From contig NZ_CP076228.1 in the NCBI RefSeq assembly GCF_021378375.1, forward strand, positions 990,001-1,022,000: a stretch of 32,000 nucleotides of DNA, in the 5' to 3' direction. The position numbers and the translations under genes were made by a program. Every line of letters begins with the position of its first letter. The stretch's first letter is position 1. The stretch is from Wolbachia endosymbiont of Drosophila innubila. GTDB lineage: Bacteria; Pseudomonadota; Alphaproteobacteria; Rickettsiales; Anaplasmataceae. The notes beneath the pieces are model-generated. The model searched no databases, was not told the DNA's origin, and saw only the letters and a list, made by a program, of their open reading frames with translations. Below, one piece after another: positions 1 through 10,446 of the stretch.

Positions 1-663
1 TTGCATTGGACCGACCATGAGTCCACCAAAAAAGCTAATTAGAATAATATGCTTGTTGAAAAGTATGTTTTTTAAGTCTCTAATGCTAACTTTTTCCTGT
101 TGAGCATTGCTTTCAGGCGTTACTAAGAACAGCAACAGAGCAAGTAAACACCCAAATGCTGAGAATGTATAGATAACATAATTCCAGCCAAATTTATCGA
201 GTAAGAAGTCTAAAGGTAACCCGCCACATATCCCTCCCAAAATTCCTATAATTATAGATAAGCTGGCCATTCTTGCTGATTTTTCTTGCGCAAAATACAT
301 GCTTGCAACTTTAAAGATTCCAATTGCCGAAGCGGATGACCCAATTCCCACAATTATTCTTCCAATTATTGAATAACTCCACTCATCAAAGCATATAAGC
401 GGTAGTGTTCCGGTAAATGTCAAAACGGTACAAGCAGGTAAAACAAACTTTGGTCCAAATCTATCAAGGAAAAGACCAATAGGTATATGAGCTAGCGTAT
501 AGCCTACATAGTATAACCCACCAAACTGGCCAACATCTGCAATACTTATGTTAAATTTTGTTATTAATTCAGGCGCAATTATGTTTGGAATTACGCGTAA
601 TATATATTGGTATGCATAAAACAGTGACGTCAACAACCAGATTAAAAAATTCCTCTGCAACAT
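1..663 (-). CDS. MFS transporter (ProP-like), copy 1, truncated by the window edge (C-terminal part lies outside)
   Basis: Open reverse-strand frame from ATG at 661-663 down to base 1, reading MLQRNFLIWLLTSLFYAYQYILRVIPNI...GQFGGLYYVGYTLAHIPIGLFLDRFGPK. It has MFS motifs and is clearly paralogous to the ORF at 1242-1952. Confidence 0.85.
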   Translation of the reverse strand, partial: MLQRNFLIWLLTSLFYAYQYILRVIPNIIAPELITKFNISIADVGQFGGLYYVGYTLAHIPIGLFLDRFGPKFVLPACTVLTFTGTLPLICFDEWSYSIIGRIIVGIGSSASAIGIFKVASMYFAQEKSARMASLSIIIGILGGICGGLPLDFLLDKFGWNYVIYTFSAFGCLLALLLFLVTPESNAQQEKVSIRDLKNILFNKHIILISFFGGLMVGPMQ

Positions 664-738
664 GAATCTCAGCTAAAGTTTAGGATTATAGATACTTTAG
701 TTATAAAAAACAATACTATATTAATCATCTAAATCTGC

Positions 739-1952
739 TTAGCTCTTTTTACAGCTTATAACTTTAAGTAACCAAAAGCCTATCATTCCTATTAGTAGGC
801 ATATAGGTATTATTAACATAGACTTAACCATTACATCAGTTCCATAAAATGGCTTTCCATCGATAATTTCACCGTTCCAATAAAAATTCATTATATTTGC
901 AATAATGACGTGAAAAAAATAACCAAAACTCATAACTATGGAATTACCTACAGATCCTGCACTTGCTACTGCTTCGTTTTTTACACAACTTACAACTTTA
1001 GCAGTAAAAACAATTTGGTATGCAGAAGCAAGACCAATAATGAATAGTAATATACATGCCAGGAGTTCACTAATATTGCATATAAAAAGTAATAAGAACA
1101 CAATTATCATGGCCATAGCACAAGAAATTATTATTTCATAGTGCTTGGTTGGATTTTTTGCTAATATGTAAGGAAGTAATAAATGCCCAAAGCCAAAGCC
1201 TATTAGTATCCATTTTGAAATGCTATATGCAATGTGTCTATCTACAGCGTAATCTCATGCAAGAATGTTGCGGACCACGCATCTGCAAAGCCTTCTAATG
1301 GTCCAACCATAAAACCGCCAAACAAACCTATCAATAAAATATCTTTATTAAATATAACTTTGCTTAAATTTTTAATATTTAATTCTTCGTCTGAGGTGCC
1401 AACTTTAGGTATAGATATAAAGGTAGTTAAAGCAAGCAATAATCCAAGCATTATACACACAGTAAATAAATAATCCCACCCAAACTTATCAAGTAAGACA
1501 TGTAATGGTTTGGTGGCAAATACACCACCTGAAATGCCAATAATAACCGATATGCTGAACATCATGGCAAATTTTTCTCTATGGTAATAGATTCTTATTA
1601 TTTTAAAGAGTCCAAGTACTGAAGCAGAGGATCCAATACCAGTAATTATTCTTCCAATAATAGAATAACTCCAATCATTAGAACTGACTAAAGGTAAAGC
1701 ACCTAAAGATGTTAATGCAATACAAATCGGTATAACAACTTTAGAACCAAATCTATCTAAAAGAATACCTACAGGAATATGTGCTAACACATAACCTACA
1801 TAATACAGTCCACAAAATTGTCCTATTTCTGTTGTTCCTATATTAAACCTTACTACCAATTCAGGAATTATAATATTTGGAATTACGCGTAATATATATT
1901 GGTATGCATAAAACAGTGACGCCAACAACCAGATTAAAAAATTCCTCTGCAA
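739..1952 (-). pseudogene. MFS transporter copy 2, interrupted by a frameshift near 1250; fragments 1242-1952 (N-terminal) and 739-1116 (C-terminal)
   Basis: The N-terminal ORF ends ...SATFLHEITL*. The adjacent frame is open from a TGA at 1255-1257 and reads DYAVDRHIAYSISKWILIGFGFGHLLLPYILAKNPTKHYEIIISCAMAMIIVFLLLF..., continuing directly into the 739-1116 ORF. One small indel would restore a single transporter. Confidence 0.85.
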
Positions 1953-2440
1953 TACTTTACCCCAAAGCTAGCATTATAGATACTCTGTTTATAGAAAACA
2001 ATATTTTTATGAATACTTATTTTAATTTACCGGAATTTTATACAGTTGAACTCATAGCCAACATAAGTAGTTTATGCATTAACTAAATTTTCCAGGTTCA
2101 AGTTTGGATGATGGAAAAAGTTCACTTTTTCTATTTTTAAAAGAGACCTTTTATTTTACTTATAATTTTTTCTACCATATCTACAACTGGCTCATGAATA
2201 AGGTATATGAAAAAAATTACACCACAAATGATAAGTATATTTATGATTTTACCCTTATTCATCTTTATCTTGAGCTTCACTTTTGTTACAAGATCCATTT
2301 TATTTATGTTTTTATTTCATGCTGACAATTATATCTTAAATACCATAATTTTCAGTAAAATTTGACTTCAGAAGTATTCTATTAATTCAATATTAACCTT
2401 TTTATGTGTAAAATAGTTAATATAATATTAAAGCAGGCTG

Positions 2441-2929
2441 ATGAATATAAGCACGATAGATAATACGCTGCAAAATTACATAACAAAATACATTGAACAA
2501 ACATTCGCTACACACGTGCTAGGCAATAGATACGACAAATTGTATAGGAAACTTCTAAGTGGTATAGAAGAGATAATAAAGCTTGCTGTAAATGAAGCAA
2601 AACACTACGATGAAAATTTAGAAGATCTATATAACGATTCAAGATTTAATAAGAAATTTATTCAAGCTGTTGCTAAACATCAGGTGTCGGAATTTTTAAA
2701 TACTTATCCGAAAAGAAAAGAAATTGTTGCAGAATTTTACAATGAACATCACATTAACGAAAGTGATTTAAAGACTCTGGAAAAGGGGAAAGATTTAGTA
2801 AATAAAATAAATAACATTAACTTACTGCAACAAAATGAAAAAAATGAGGAATTCAATATTAGAAAGACACTTGCTCAATCAATAAAAATGCCTTCCATAG
2901 AAAAACACAAGTTAGAACATTCAAAATAA
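2441..2929 (+). CDS. hypothetical protein, 162 aa
   Basis: Long ATG-started ORF with ordinary composition and no overlapping competitor. No family recognised. Confidence 0.7.
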   Translation: MNISTIDNTLQNYITKYIEQTFATHVLGNRYDKLYRKLLSGIEEIIKLAVNEAKHYDENLEDLYNDSRFNKKFIQAVAKHQVSEFLNTYPKRKEIVAEFYNEHHINESDLKTLEKGKDLVNKINNINLLQQNEKNEEFNIRKTLAQSIKMPSIEKHKLEHSK

Positions 2930-2974
2930 CCTTGGCGAAGTATGGCAAAATATACAACTTATGGATAGTCTATT

Positions 2975-4168
2975 TCATTTTAACTCCTGGCACGCTTTAG
3001 TAATACTATCACATCCAATTTCTAATTGTTCCTGAGAGGTTGCATAAGAAATTCTGATAAAATTTTCTAGACCAAATGCAATTCCTGGAACCACAGCAAC
3101 CAAATGATCTCCCAGTAAGTATTCAGTAAAATCTAAATCATTATTTATTATCTTACCACTTTTTGTGCTTTTACTGAGCAATCCTTCACATGAGACAAAT
3201 AAATAAAACGCACCTTGTGGAACAGACGCTGATAATCCCGGGGCAGAATTTAGCTCTTTCACCATAAAATCTCTACGACTCTTAAAAATCCTTGTTCTTT
3301 CTTTCAAAAAACTATGATCACCGTTTAATGCTGCTGCTGCTGCTGCTTGTGCTATCGAATTTGGATTAGAAGTGCTTTGAGACTGCAGCGTAGAGATAGC
3401 TTTTACCACATCACTTCTACCTGCAATATACCCTATTCTCCAGCCTGTCATTGCGTAGGCTTTTGATACTCCATTGACTACAAAAACTCTATCATAAAGC
3501 TTCGGCTCAACCTGAGCGATAGTAAAAAACTTTTCGTCGTATATTATATGCTCATAAATATCATCTGTAACGACATTCATATGTGGATATTCAAGCAATA
3601 TTTGTGCTATGTCTTTCAATTCATCACATGTGTACACAGCTCCTGCAGGGTTGTTCGGTGAGTTAAGAATTAACCATTTAGTTTTTTTAGTTATCCTGCT
3701 TTTCAATAATTCCGCTGTCAGTTTAAAATTTTGTTTGCATTCTACTACAACTGGCAAGCCGCCAAAAAGACTTACCATATCAACATATGAAACCCAATAA
3801 GGAGCTGGTATAATAACTTCATCTCCAGAGTTAATTGTTGCCATGAACAAATTGAATAACACCTGCTTAGCACCTGTACCAACACAGATTTGGTTAAGCG
3901 TGTACTCGAGGTTATTATCCTTTCTTAACTTATTAATTATTGCTTCTTTCAGCTCACGCGTTCCATCAACAGCAGTATATTTAGTCTTACCTTCACTTAT
4001 TGCTTGAATAGCTGCTTTTTTTATATGATCTGGAGTATCAAAATCCGGTTCTCCTGCAGCTAAAACACAGATCTTTTTTCCTTCATTTTTCAACTTATTT
4101 GCCTTATCAGTTACAGCAATCGTAGGTGATGGTTTTATTAGGAACATTCTTTTTGCAAGGTCTGACAT
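2975..4168 (-). CDS. aatA: pyridoxal-phosphate aspartate aminotransferase (class I)
   Basis: 397 aa; contains LNSPNNPAGAVY, VVTDDIYEH and the PLP-lysine region NGVSKAYAMTGWRIGY. Confidence 0.95.
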   Translation of the reverse strand: MSDLAKRMFLIKPSPTIAVTDKANKLKNEGKKICVLAAGEPDFDTPDHIKKAAIQAISEGKTKYTAVDGTRELKEAIINKLRKDNNLEYTLNQICVGTGAKQVLFNLFMATINSGDEVIIPAPYWVSYVDMVSLFGGLPVVVECKQNFKLTAELLKSRITKKTKWLILNSPNNPAGAVYTCDELKDIAQILLEYPHMNVVTDDIYEHIIYDEKFFTIAQVEPKLYDRVFVVNGVSKAYAMTGWRIGYIAGRSDVVKAISTLQSQSTSNPNSIAQAAAAAALNGDHSFLKERTRIFKSRRDFMVKELNSAPGLSASVPQGAFYLFVSCEGLLSKSTKSGKIINNDLDFTEYLLGDHLVAVVPGIAFGLENFIRISYATSQEQLEIGCDSITKACQELK

Positions 4169-4236
4169 ATCTTACTGAAGCTAAATTCAAATGATAAACC
4201 CCGTACAACAAAAAAGCTAGAATTTTGTGTATTGTA

Positions 4237-5253
4237 TTAGTAGCTTTTTACCAGGTTTACCAATGCAGCAATATTTTCAACTGGAGTATCAGGGAGTACT
4301 CCATGTCCGAGATTAAATATGAAGGGTAAATCTCTAAAGCAATCTATTATACGTTTTGCTTCTTTGATTGCTTCCGTTTTATTATAGGCTAAAAGATTAG
4401 GATCAAGGTTTCCTTGTAGAGGGATATTTAGATTCGCTTTCGCCCATTTTATTGGAACATTATAATCTATACTTACTGCAGATACACCTGTTTGTTCGCA
4501 GTAATCTTTATAAAGATTTCCAGCAGACCTTGGAAAACCTATTATTGGAAAATCAGAAAATCTATCCTTTATTGCCAAGATAATTCTCTTTGTTGGTTCG
4601 ATAACATATTCTTTAAACAATGGTTCCGATAACGCACCAGCATTACTGTCAAATAGCTGAATAACATCTGCTCCAAATTCTATCTGTTTAATTAGATAAA
4701 TAATCGTTACTTCCGTTATTCGTTCAATTATTTCCTTCAAACACGAAGGATAAAAATTTAATACTTTGGAAAAAGTTTTGCTGCTCCTACCTTCTATGAT
4801 GTATGAGGCTACTGTCCATGGTCCACCAGCAAATCCTATGAGAGATTTTTCTTTTGGTAATTGGCTTCTGACTTTTTTTATAGCGTTTAGAATTGGTAAG
4901 GTTTTAGTTTCAATTTCTTGTGGACCCTTCAATTCCTTAGGACTTTCCACGGGTTTTATTATTGGACCTACACCGCGTACGAAATTCACGTCACAACCCA
5001 AAACATCAGCTATTATTAAAATGTCTGAAAAAATTATCGCCGCATCCATGTCAAATCTTGTCACCGGCTGTAACGTCAATTCTGTCACTAAATCTGTGTT
5101 GTAGCATATCTCCATAAAATTATTCATATTTTCTACTGCTTTGCGGTACTCAGGAAGAGACCTGCCAGCCTGACGCATTAGCCAGATAGGCACTCTTCCA
5201 CCCGGCTCATTTCTCTTAATAATTTTCGCTATTGTTGTTTTGCCGCTTTCCAA
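4237..5253 (-). CDS. hemE: uroporphyrinogen decarboxylase
   Basis: 338 aa; contains the N-terminal signature [16 protein letters not shown] and [15 protein letters not shown]; ends [15 protein letters not shown]. Confidence 0.97.
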   Translation of the reverse strand: MESGKTTIAKIIKRNEPGGRVPIWLMRQAGRSLPEYRKAVENMNNFMEICYNTDLVTELTLQPVTRFDMDAAIIFSDILIIADVLGCDVNFVRGVGPIIKPVESPKELKGPQEIETKTLPILNAIKKVRSQLPKEKSLIGFAGGPWTVASYIIEGRSSKTFSKVLNFYPSCLKEIIERITEVTIIYLIKQIEFGADVIQLFDSNAGALSEPLFKEYVIEPTKRIILAIKDRFSDFPIIGFPRSAGNLYKDYCEQTGVSAVSIDYNVPIKWAKANLNIPLQGNLDPNLLAYNKTEAIKEAKRIIDCFRDLPFIFNLGHGVLPDTPVENIAALVNLVKSY

Positions 5254-5655
5254 TCTATTCTATTTATTCTTTTGTATATTAAAGTATAGTAATAATAATA
5301 GTTCTATCAATAACTTGTTACTAACTTAAAATTCAGTAAAAATTGGCGTTGTTCAACTTGTGGATAAATATGTGAGTAACTTTCGTATATTATTGATTTT
5401 CTGTTATGATTTATGTGTATAAGTAAGGTGTTTAGAGTGTTAGTAATTTTCTTTTATGGAAAATACTTTACCATCATGCATTGTTACACAACTATGTATA
5501 TGTTGTTGAAAAAGTTGTTGATCAATTGTTGGTATTTTATATCAACAAATAATTCACAAATTAATTTGACATTATTCACATGCTTATTAAACATTTAATA
5601 ACAGTTTTCTTGATAAATCTAATCTGAAAACGTTTTTGCCATTACAGGGAATAAA

Positions 5656-6474
5656 TTGAGTAAAAAAAGAACCTTAGTAGAAAAAATAGCATATAGAATT
5701 TTTCTCTTCCTTTTCAAAAAAGCTTCTGTGTTGAAAAAGTGTGCGACTGAGGCATTAATGAAAGATCTGCCAGACCTTAATATATTTAATGGTCTATTAA
5801 AATTCCGCGATTGTGGTATAATGGATATAATGACTCCACGTACAGAGATATGCGCAGTAGACATTGAGTCAAGCGAGCGTGAAATAATAAAGAAGATAAA
5901 AAACACTTGCCACACTAAAATACCAATTTATAAAAATAACTTTGATAACGTAATAGGCTTTTTTTATGTAAAAGATGTTATTTTTAATAGGGATAAAAAT
6001 TTTAATCTGAAACATATTATACAAAGCGTAATATTTGTTCCACCCTCGATGAAGACAACTAATCTTTTTGTTAGGATGAACTCTTCTAAATCATGCTTAG
6101 CTATCGTATTGGATGAATATGGTGGAACTGATGGTTTAATTTCAATGACTGATCTTATAGAGGAACTAATACCAAACATTGATAGTGAAAACGAAATAAA
6201 TTCAGAATATACCATTACTGAATTGTCTCAAAATAAGTTTGAAGTATCAGCAAGGGCTCTTATAAAAGATATAGAAGAGGATCTAAAAATAGAATTACGT
6301 GACCCTGAAGAAGACTATGTTACACTTGGTGGTTTGATTCTTTCGATTGCTGGTAAAGTGCCTTCTGTAGATGAAGTCATTAAATATAAAAATGGTATGA
6401 AGTTTATCATCAAAGATGCAAATGAGCGCTACATTAATAAAATAGTACTAGACTTAAGTGATTACAAAAATTAG
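5656..6474 (+). CDS. tlyC: CBS-domain protein, hemolysin C / TlyC / CorC-like
   Basis: TTG start; two CBS-type segments (DIMTPRTEICAVD..., VPPSMKTTNLFVRMNSSKSCLAIVLDEYGGTDGLISMTDLIEELIPNI) followed by a CorC/HlyC-like C-terminal domain (DPEEDYVTLGGLILSIAGKVPSVDEVI). Confidence 0.9.
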   Translation: MSKKRTLVEKIAYRIFLFLFKKASVLKKCATEALMKDLPDLNIFNGLLKFRDCGIMDIMTPRTEICAVDIESSEREIIKKIKNTCHTKIPIYKNNFDNVIGFFYVKDVIFNRDKNFNLKHIIQSVIFVPPSMKTTNLFVRMNSSKSCLAIVLDEYGGTDGLISMTDLIEELIPNIDSENEINSEYTITELSQNKFEVSARALIKDIEEDLKIELRDPEEDYVTLGGLILSIAGKVPSVDEVIKYKNGMKFIIKDANERYINKIVLDLSDYKN

Positions 6475-6540
6475 ATTTGGTACCCCTTGTCGGGGAATGC
6501 CTTGACACGAAGAAAAAGTTGTAATAACCAAATATGCAAC

Positions 6541-7193
6541 TCAAGTTATAGTTAAACCTATTTCCAGCAAATTATTTTCGCAAGTATAATGCATTTCAGT
6601 GTTATAGTACTCTAATAATAAAGAGGTCATATAGATATTAATATCTTTTGTATTTAAATTAGTGTCATTTTTTTTGATTAATTTGTCTACTAATGATTTG
6701 CTTATTGGTTTGTGTTCATTTAGAATTTTTATAGTTAATAGCATTTTATCTTCTGTTTGACTCAGTAAAACAGATACTAGTTCAACTTCCGCCACTGCAC
6801 TGGCTATAGTTAGCACCATATTAGAAATTATCTTATTTATCTTTTCAATTAAATCTTCCTTATTTTTTGCAGAGTATGCGTCTATTTTCCACGTAAGCTT
6901 TACTTTTTTTTTAATAAATAATTTTCGATATTAGATTTGGTCTTATCAAAGCTATAATTATCCATTGAAGAAGAATATGCCTGCTTCATAACTTTATGTT
7001 TATATATTAAATCATCGGAGCTTTCTTTAAGAAACAACAACGCTTCCTTCTGCGCATCAGCGTCATTCTTATCTATTACTTCAAGCTCTTCTACGCCAAA
7101 CGTTATTCCATTCATAGAGTTAGCAAAGTCATGAAGCAGCCATCCTGATAGCAGTTCCGTTATTAACAGTATGTTTTTGGTATTTTCGTTCAT
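6541..7193 (-). pseudogene. chpT: ChpT-like histidine phosphotransferase homolog, split into two frames at a homopolymer tract (ORFs 6900-7193 and 6541-6819 plus its open upstream extension)
   Basis: The first ORF has LLHDFANSMNGITFGVEELE, resembling the ChpT His-containing helix (LCHDFISPASAIVSGLDLLE). The second frame continues KKKVKLTWKIDAYSAKNKEDLIEKINKIISNMVLTIASAVAEVELVSVLL, resembling the ChpT GHKL-like C-terminal half. The junction is an A9 run on the coding strand. Confidence 0.7.
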
Positions 7194-7326
7194 TGGATAA
7201 TTATAAATGATTTAAGTTACCCTATATTGGTAAGTATATAATAGTCAATTAAGAGAAAGTTTCGTTGCACTTTTTATATCAAGGCATTAATATAGTATTA
7301 ACAATTTTAAAATTTATAAAAGGATT

Positions 7327-8364
7327 ATGAATACTTATACCAGATCGGGAATAGATATTGAACTATATAATAAGTTAATAAAAGAAGTCAAGCCTATTGC
7401 TCAAGAAACTACTAGAGAAGAAGTAATCAGCGAAATAGGTTCATTTTCTGCGTTATTTGATTTTGCTGCACTAAGTAAGAAGTATGACCATCCAGTACTC
7501 GTTTCCTCAACTGATGGAGTAGGTACGAAACTGTTGATAGCTCAAGAAGTGAATAAACATGATACTATAGGTATAGATTTAGTTGCAATGTGTGTAAATG
7601 ACTTACTTGCACAAGGAGCAACGCCTTTGTTTTTCCTTGATTACTTTGCAACAGGCGTTTTGACCAAAGATGTTTTATTATCTGTGGTTAAGGGCATTGC
7701 AGAGGGGTGCAAGCAAGCTAAAATAGCATTGGTTGGTGGGGAAACTGCAGAAATGCCTGGAATGTATGGTAATAATCACTATGACCTTGCAGGGTTTGTG
7801 GTTGGTGTAGTTGATCGAAAGCAAATTCTTCCAAACTGTAGTATGATGAAAGCAGGTGATTATATAGTTGGCTTAGAGTCAAGTGGAATTCACTCAAATG
7901 GGTTTTCTTTAGTGCGCCATGTTTTCAAAAGCTTAGGTATAAATTATAACGATACATCTCTATGGAATAATAAATCTTGGAGTGAAATACTACTTGAACC
8001 AACAAAAATATATGTTGATTCTTTGCTGCCTATCATGTCACAAGTAAAAGGTATTGCGCACATCACGGGTGGTGGTTTGGTAGACAATATTCCGCGAATT
8101 CTTCCAAAAAACTTATTTGCAAACATAGACATTAATTCCTGGAAATGGCCAGATATATTTTTATGGCTAACAAAGGAGGGTAAAATAGAGAAGAAAGAAA
8201 TGCTAAAAACATTTAATTGTGGTATTGGTATGGTATTGATCGTAAGTTCTGAGAATATGCAAAACGTGAAAAATCATTTCCAAAAACGTGGAGAAAAAAT
8301 TGAAATTATTGGAAAACTTGATGAGGCATGTAACCCTCCACTTGATAGAGTAGTATTTAGTTAA
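7327..8364 (+). CDS. purM: phosphoribosylformylglycinamidine cyclo-ligase
   Basis: 345 aa; contains VSSTDGVGTKLLIA, DLLAQGATPLFFLDYF, GGETAEMPGMY and HITGGGLVDNIPR. Confidence 0.97.
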   Translation: MNTYTRSGIDIELYNKLIKEVKPIAQETTREEVISEIGSFSALFDFAALSKKYDHPVLVSSTDGVGTKLLIAQEVNKHDTIGIDLVAMCVNDLLAQGATPLFFLDYFATGVLTKDVLLSVVKGIAEGCKQAKIALVGGETAEMPGMYGNNHYDLAGFVVGVVDRKQILPNCSMMKAGDYIVGLESSGIHSNGFSLVRHVFKSLGINYNDTSLWNNKSWSEILLEPTKIYVDSLLPIMSQVKGIAHITGGGLVDNIPRILPKNLFANIDINSWKWPDIFLWLTKEGKIEKKEMLKTFNCGIGMVLIVSSENMQNVKNHFQKRGEKIEIIGKLDEACNPPLDRVVFS

Positions 8365-9083
8365 CCTAACTTTACTGACAGTCTTTTTGCAACTTCTAGG
8401 TATGCTTCCTTTAAATCTCCTAAATTCAAACGAAAGACATCTTTATCTAGCTTTTTATAAGTATTTTTATCCCATAATCTGCAGTTATCAGGGCTAATTT
8501 CATCAGCTAAAACGATTTTAGTACTGTCATTTATTAATCTGCCAAATTCTAACTTGAGATCAACTAAATATATACTTGCATTTGAAAATAGGTGAACTAA
8601 TATTTCGTTGATTTTTAAAGTTGTAGTTTTAACTTCATCCATTTCTTTGCTAGATAGCCAATCAAAATACAGTATGTGATTTTCACTTACCATTGGGTCG
8701 GCTAGGTCATCATTTTTGTAAAAAAAATCGATTATAGGAGATGCAAGCCTCTCACCTTCTTTGATATTAAAACGTTTGCAAAAGCTGCCAGCTGCGACAT
8801 TTCTAACTACTACCTCAAGAGGTATTATCTTGAGTTTTTTGACTAGCTGTTCTCTTTCGTTTAGAGTTTTTATAAAGTGTGTGCTAATTTCTGCTTTCTC
8901 AAGCTTTTCCATGATAAAAGCACTAATATGATTATTAATTATTCCTTTACCATCGATTATTTCATATTTTTCCTTATTGAATGCTGTAACATCATCTTTA
9001 AAGTGCTGTATGACAATTGATAAGTCTTCAGTTTCAATAATGGCTTTCGCTTTACCTTCGTATATCGTTTTATTCAGTGACAT
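8361..9083 (-). CDS. purC: phosphoribosylaminoimidazole-succinocarboxamide synthase
   Basis: 240 aa; contains YEGKAK, EVVVRNVAAGSFCKRF, LVDLKLEFGR and DEISPDNCRLWD. Confidence 0.97.
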   Translation of the reverse strand: MSLNKTIYEGKAKAIIETEDLSIVIQHFKDDVTAFNKEKYEIIDGKGIINNHISAFIMEKLEKAEISTHFIKTLNEREQLVKKLKIIPLEVVVRNVAAGSFCKRFNIKEGERLASPIIDFFYKNDDLADPMVSENHILYFDWLSSKEMDEVKTTTLKINEILVHLFSNASIYLVDLKLEFGRLINDSTKIVLADEISPDNCRLWDKNTYKKLDKDVFRLNLGDLKEAYLEVAKRLSVKLG

Positions 9084-9157
9084 GTTTAATTTAACTATAT
9101 ATTATATCAATTTACTATTCTTAGAGTATAGCCCCAAATAACTTAAAATAAACCTTA

Positions 9158-9868
9158 ATGGCATTCAATGTTACAATATTAACCATATTCCCAGAAATGT
9201 TCCCGGGGTTTTTGAACTATTCTCTTGCCGGAAAAGCGTTAGAAAAAAAAATATGGAACCTTGAAGTAATAAATATTCGTTCTTTTGCGAAAGATAAACA
9301 TTCAACTGTGGATGATGTTCCATATGGAGGTGGAGCAGGAATGGTTATGCGTTCTGATGTAGTTGGTGATGCAGTAGATAGTATGCTCTCTGTTCATAAA
9401 AACACTAAGTTTATTTACATGACTCCATCTGGAACTAAGTTTAATCAGAATATTGCCAGAGAATTATTAGAGTTTCCTCATATAACAATATTGTGTGGTC
9501 GATTTGAAGGTATTGACCAAAGGATAATTGATGCGTATACTCCTTATGAGTTAAGTATTGGAGATTATATACTTTCAGGAGGTGAGCCAGCTGCAATGGT
9601 GGTTCTTGATGCATGCATTAGACTTCTTCCAGGTGTAGTAAATAATACCGATAGTATTACTGAAGAAAGTTTTAATTATGGTGGTGGTGTACTTGAATAT
9701 CCTCAATATACTAGACCTGAGCAGTGGAAGGGATATAAAGTACCTGAGGTTTTGTTATCTGGCAATCACAAAAAAATAAGTGATTGGAGGCAGAAGCAGT
9801 CTCATGTTATAACAAAAAAGCGTAGGCCTGAATTATTGAGTGGAGAGATAAATGACAAATTTACTTAA
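9158..9868 (+). CDS. trmD: tRNA (guanine-N1)-methyltransferase
   Basis: [64 protein letters not shown]. Confidence 0.98.
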
Positions 9869-10229
9869 AAAATTTAACGAACAGCAAATGCAAGTGTTAG
9901 CTAAAGAAATACCAGAATTTCGTCCTGGCGATGATTTGAAGGTCACTTTTAAAGTAGTTGACGGTACAAGTGAACGTATACAGATATTTGAAGGTGTATG
10001 TATATCAAAAAGGAACCGCGGGTTACATTCTTCTTTTGTAGTCAGAAAAGTGAGCCATGGAGAAAGTATAGTGTCTCAGTTTTTTGTTTATTCTCCTGCA
10101 CTGGTTTCAGTGCAAGTGACAAGAAAAGGAAAGGTTCGTAGAGCAAAACTGTATTATCTGTGCAAACTATTTGGAAAAGCTGCAAGGATCAAAGAGCGTA
10201 CTACTTATGTTAAAAAGAAATCTAAGTAG
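9852..10229 (+). CDS. rplS: 50S ribosomal protein L19
   Basis: [51 protein letters not shown]...[21 protein letters not shown]. Confidence 0.97.
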
Positions 10230-10348
10230 ATACAATAGGGAGTGATGTCAATTGTGTCATCTCAGAACTCTCTCTTGTCATCCCAGTGCGTGACACACAA
10301 CTGTACGAACATTGTTTGCCTCCCGCTGTGGTGTCATCCCAGTGCTCC

Positions 10349-10446
10349 GACACTGGGATCCAGCATTCATTATTCTCCTTTTGGTTTGTGCTTTCATGGA
10401 AAATGTAAAAATTATTTGCAGGCAAAGCCTGCTGGATCCCAGTGTC
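10349..10446. repeat. palindromic intergenic repeat with perfect 16-nt inverted arms (GACACTGGGATCCAGC at 10349-10364 / GCTGGATCCCAGTGTC at 10431-10446)
   Basis: Arms read directly and checked as reverse complements. Related fragments lie nearby (TCATCCCAGTGCG at about 10279, GTGTCATCCCAGTGC at 10331). Confidence 0.85.

Noticed and set aside
2104-2325. 73-aa ORF MDDGKSSLFLFLKETFYFTYNFF...
   Set aside because: Rich in F/Y/I/N as expected from random AT-rich DNA; no ribosome-binding site or family evident, so not called as a gene.
3609-3800. 63-aa + strand ORF inside the aminotransferase gene; similarly 938-1141, 1234-1473, 5619-5915, 5964-6215, 7944-8132, 10974-11162, 11454-11636, 15472-15726, 18262-18462, 20677-20910, 21070-21336, 22723-23031, 25350-25535, 26323-26649, 28744-28962 and 31282-31518
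   Set aside because: All are opposite-strand shadow ORFs within well-supported genes.
4766-5104. 112-aa ORF on the + strand inside hemE
   Set aside because: Antisense to a confidently identified conserved gene; composition looks like a mirror of the real coding frame.
5413-5598. 61-aa ORF upstream of the CBS-domain gene
   Set aside because: Short, AT-driven composition, no recognised motif; probably non-coding leader DNA.
6481-6510. Small stem-loop CCCC-TTGT-CGGGG after the CBS-domain gene considered as a terminator or repeat
   Set aside because: Very short stem with no T tract following; not enough for a call.
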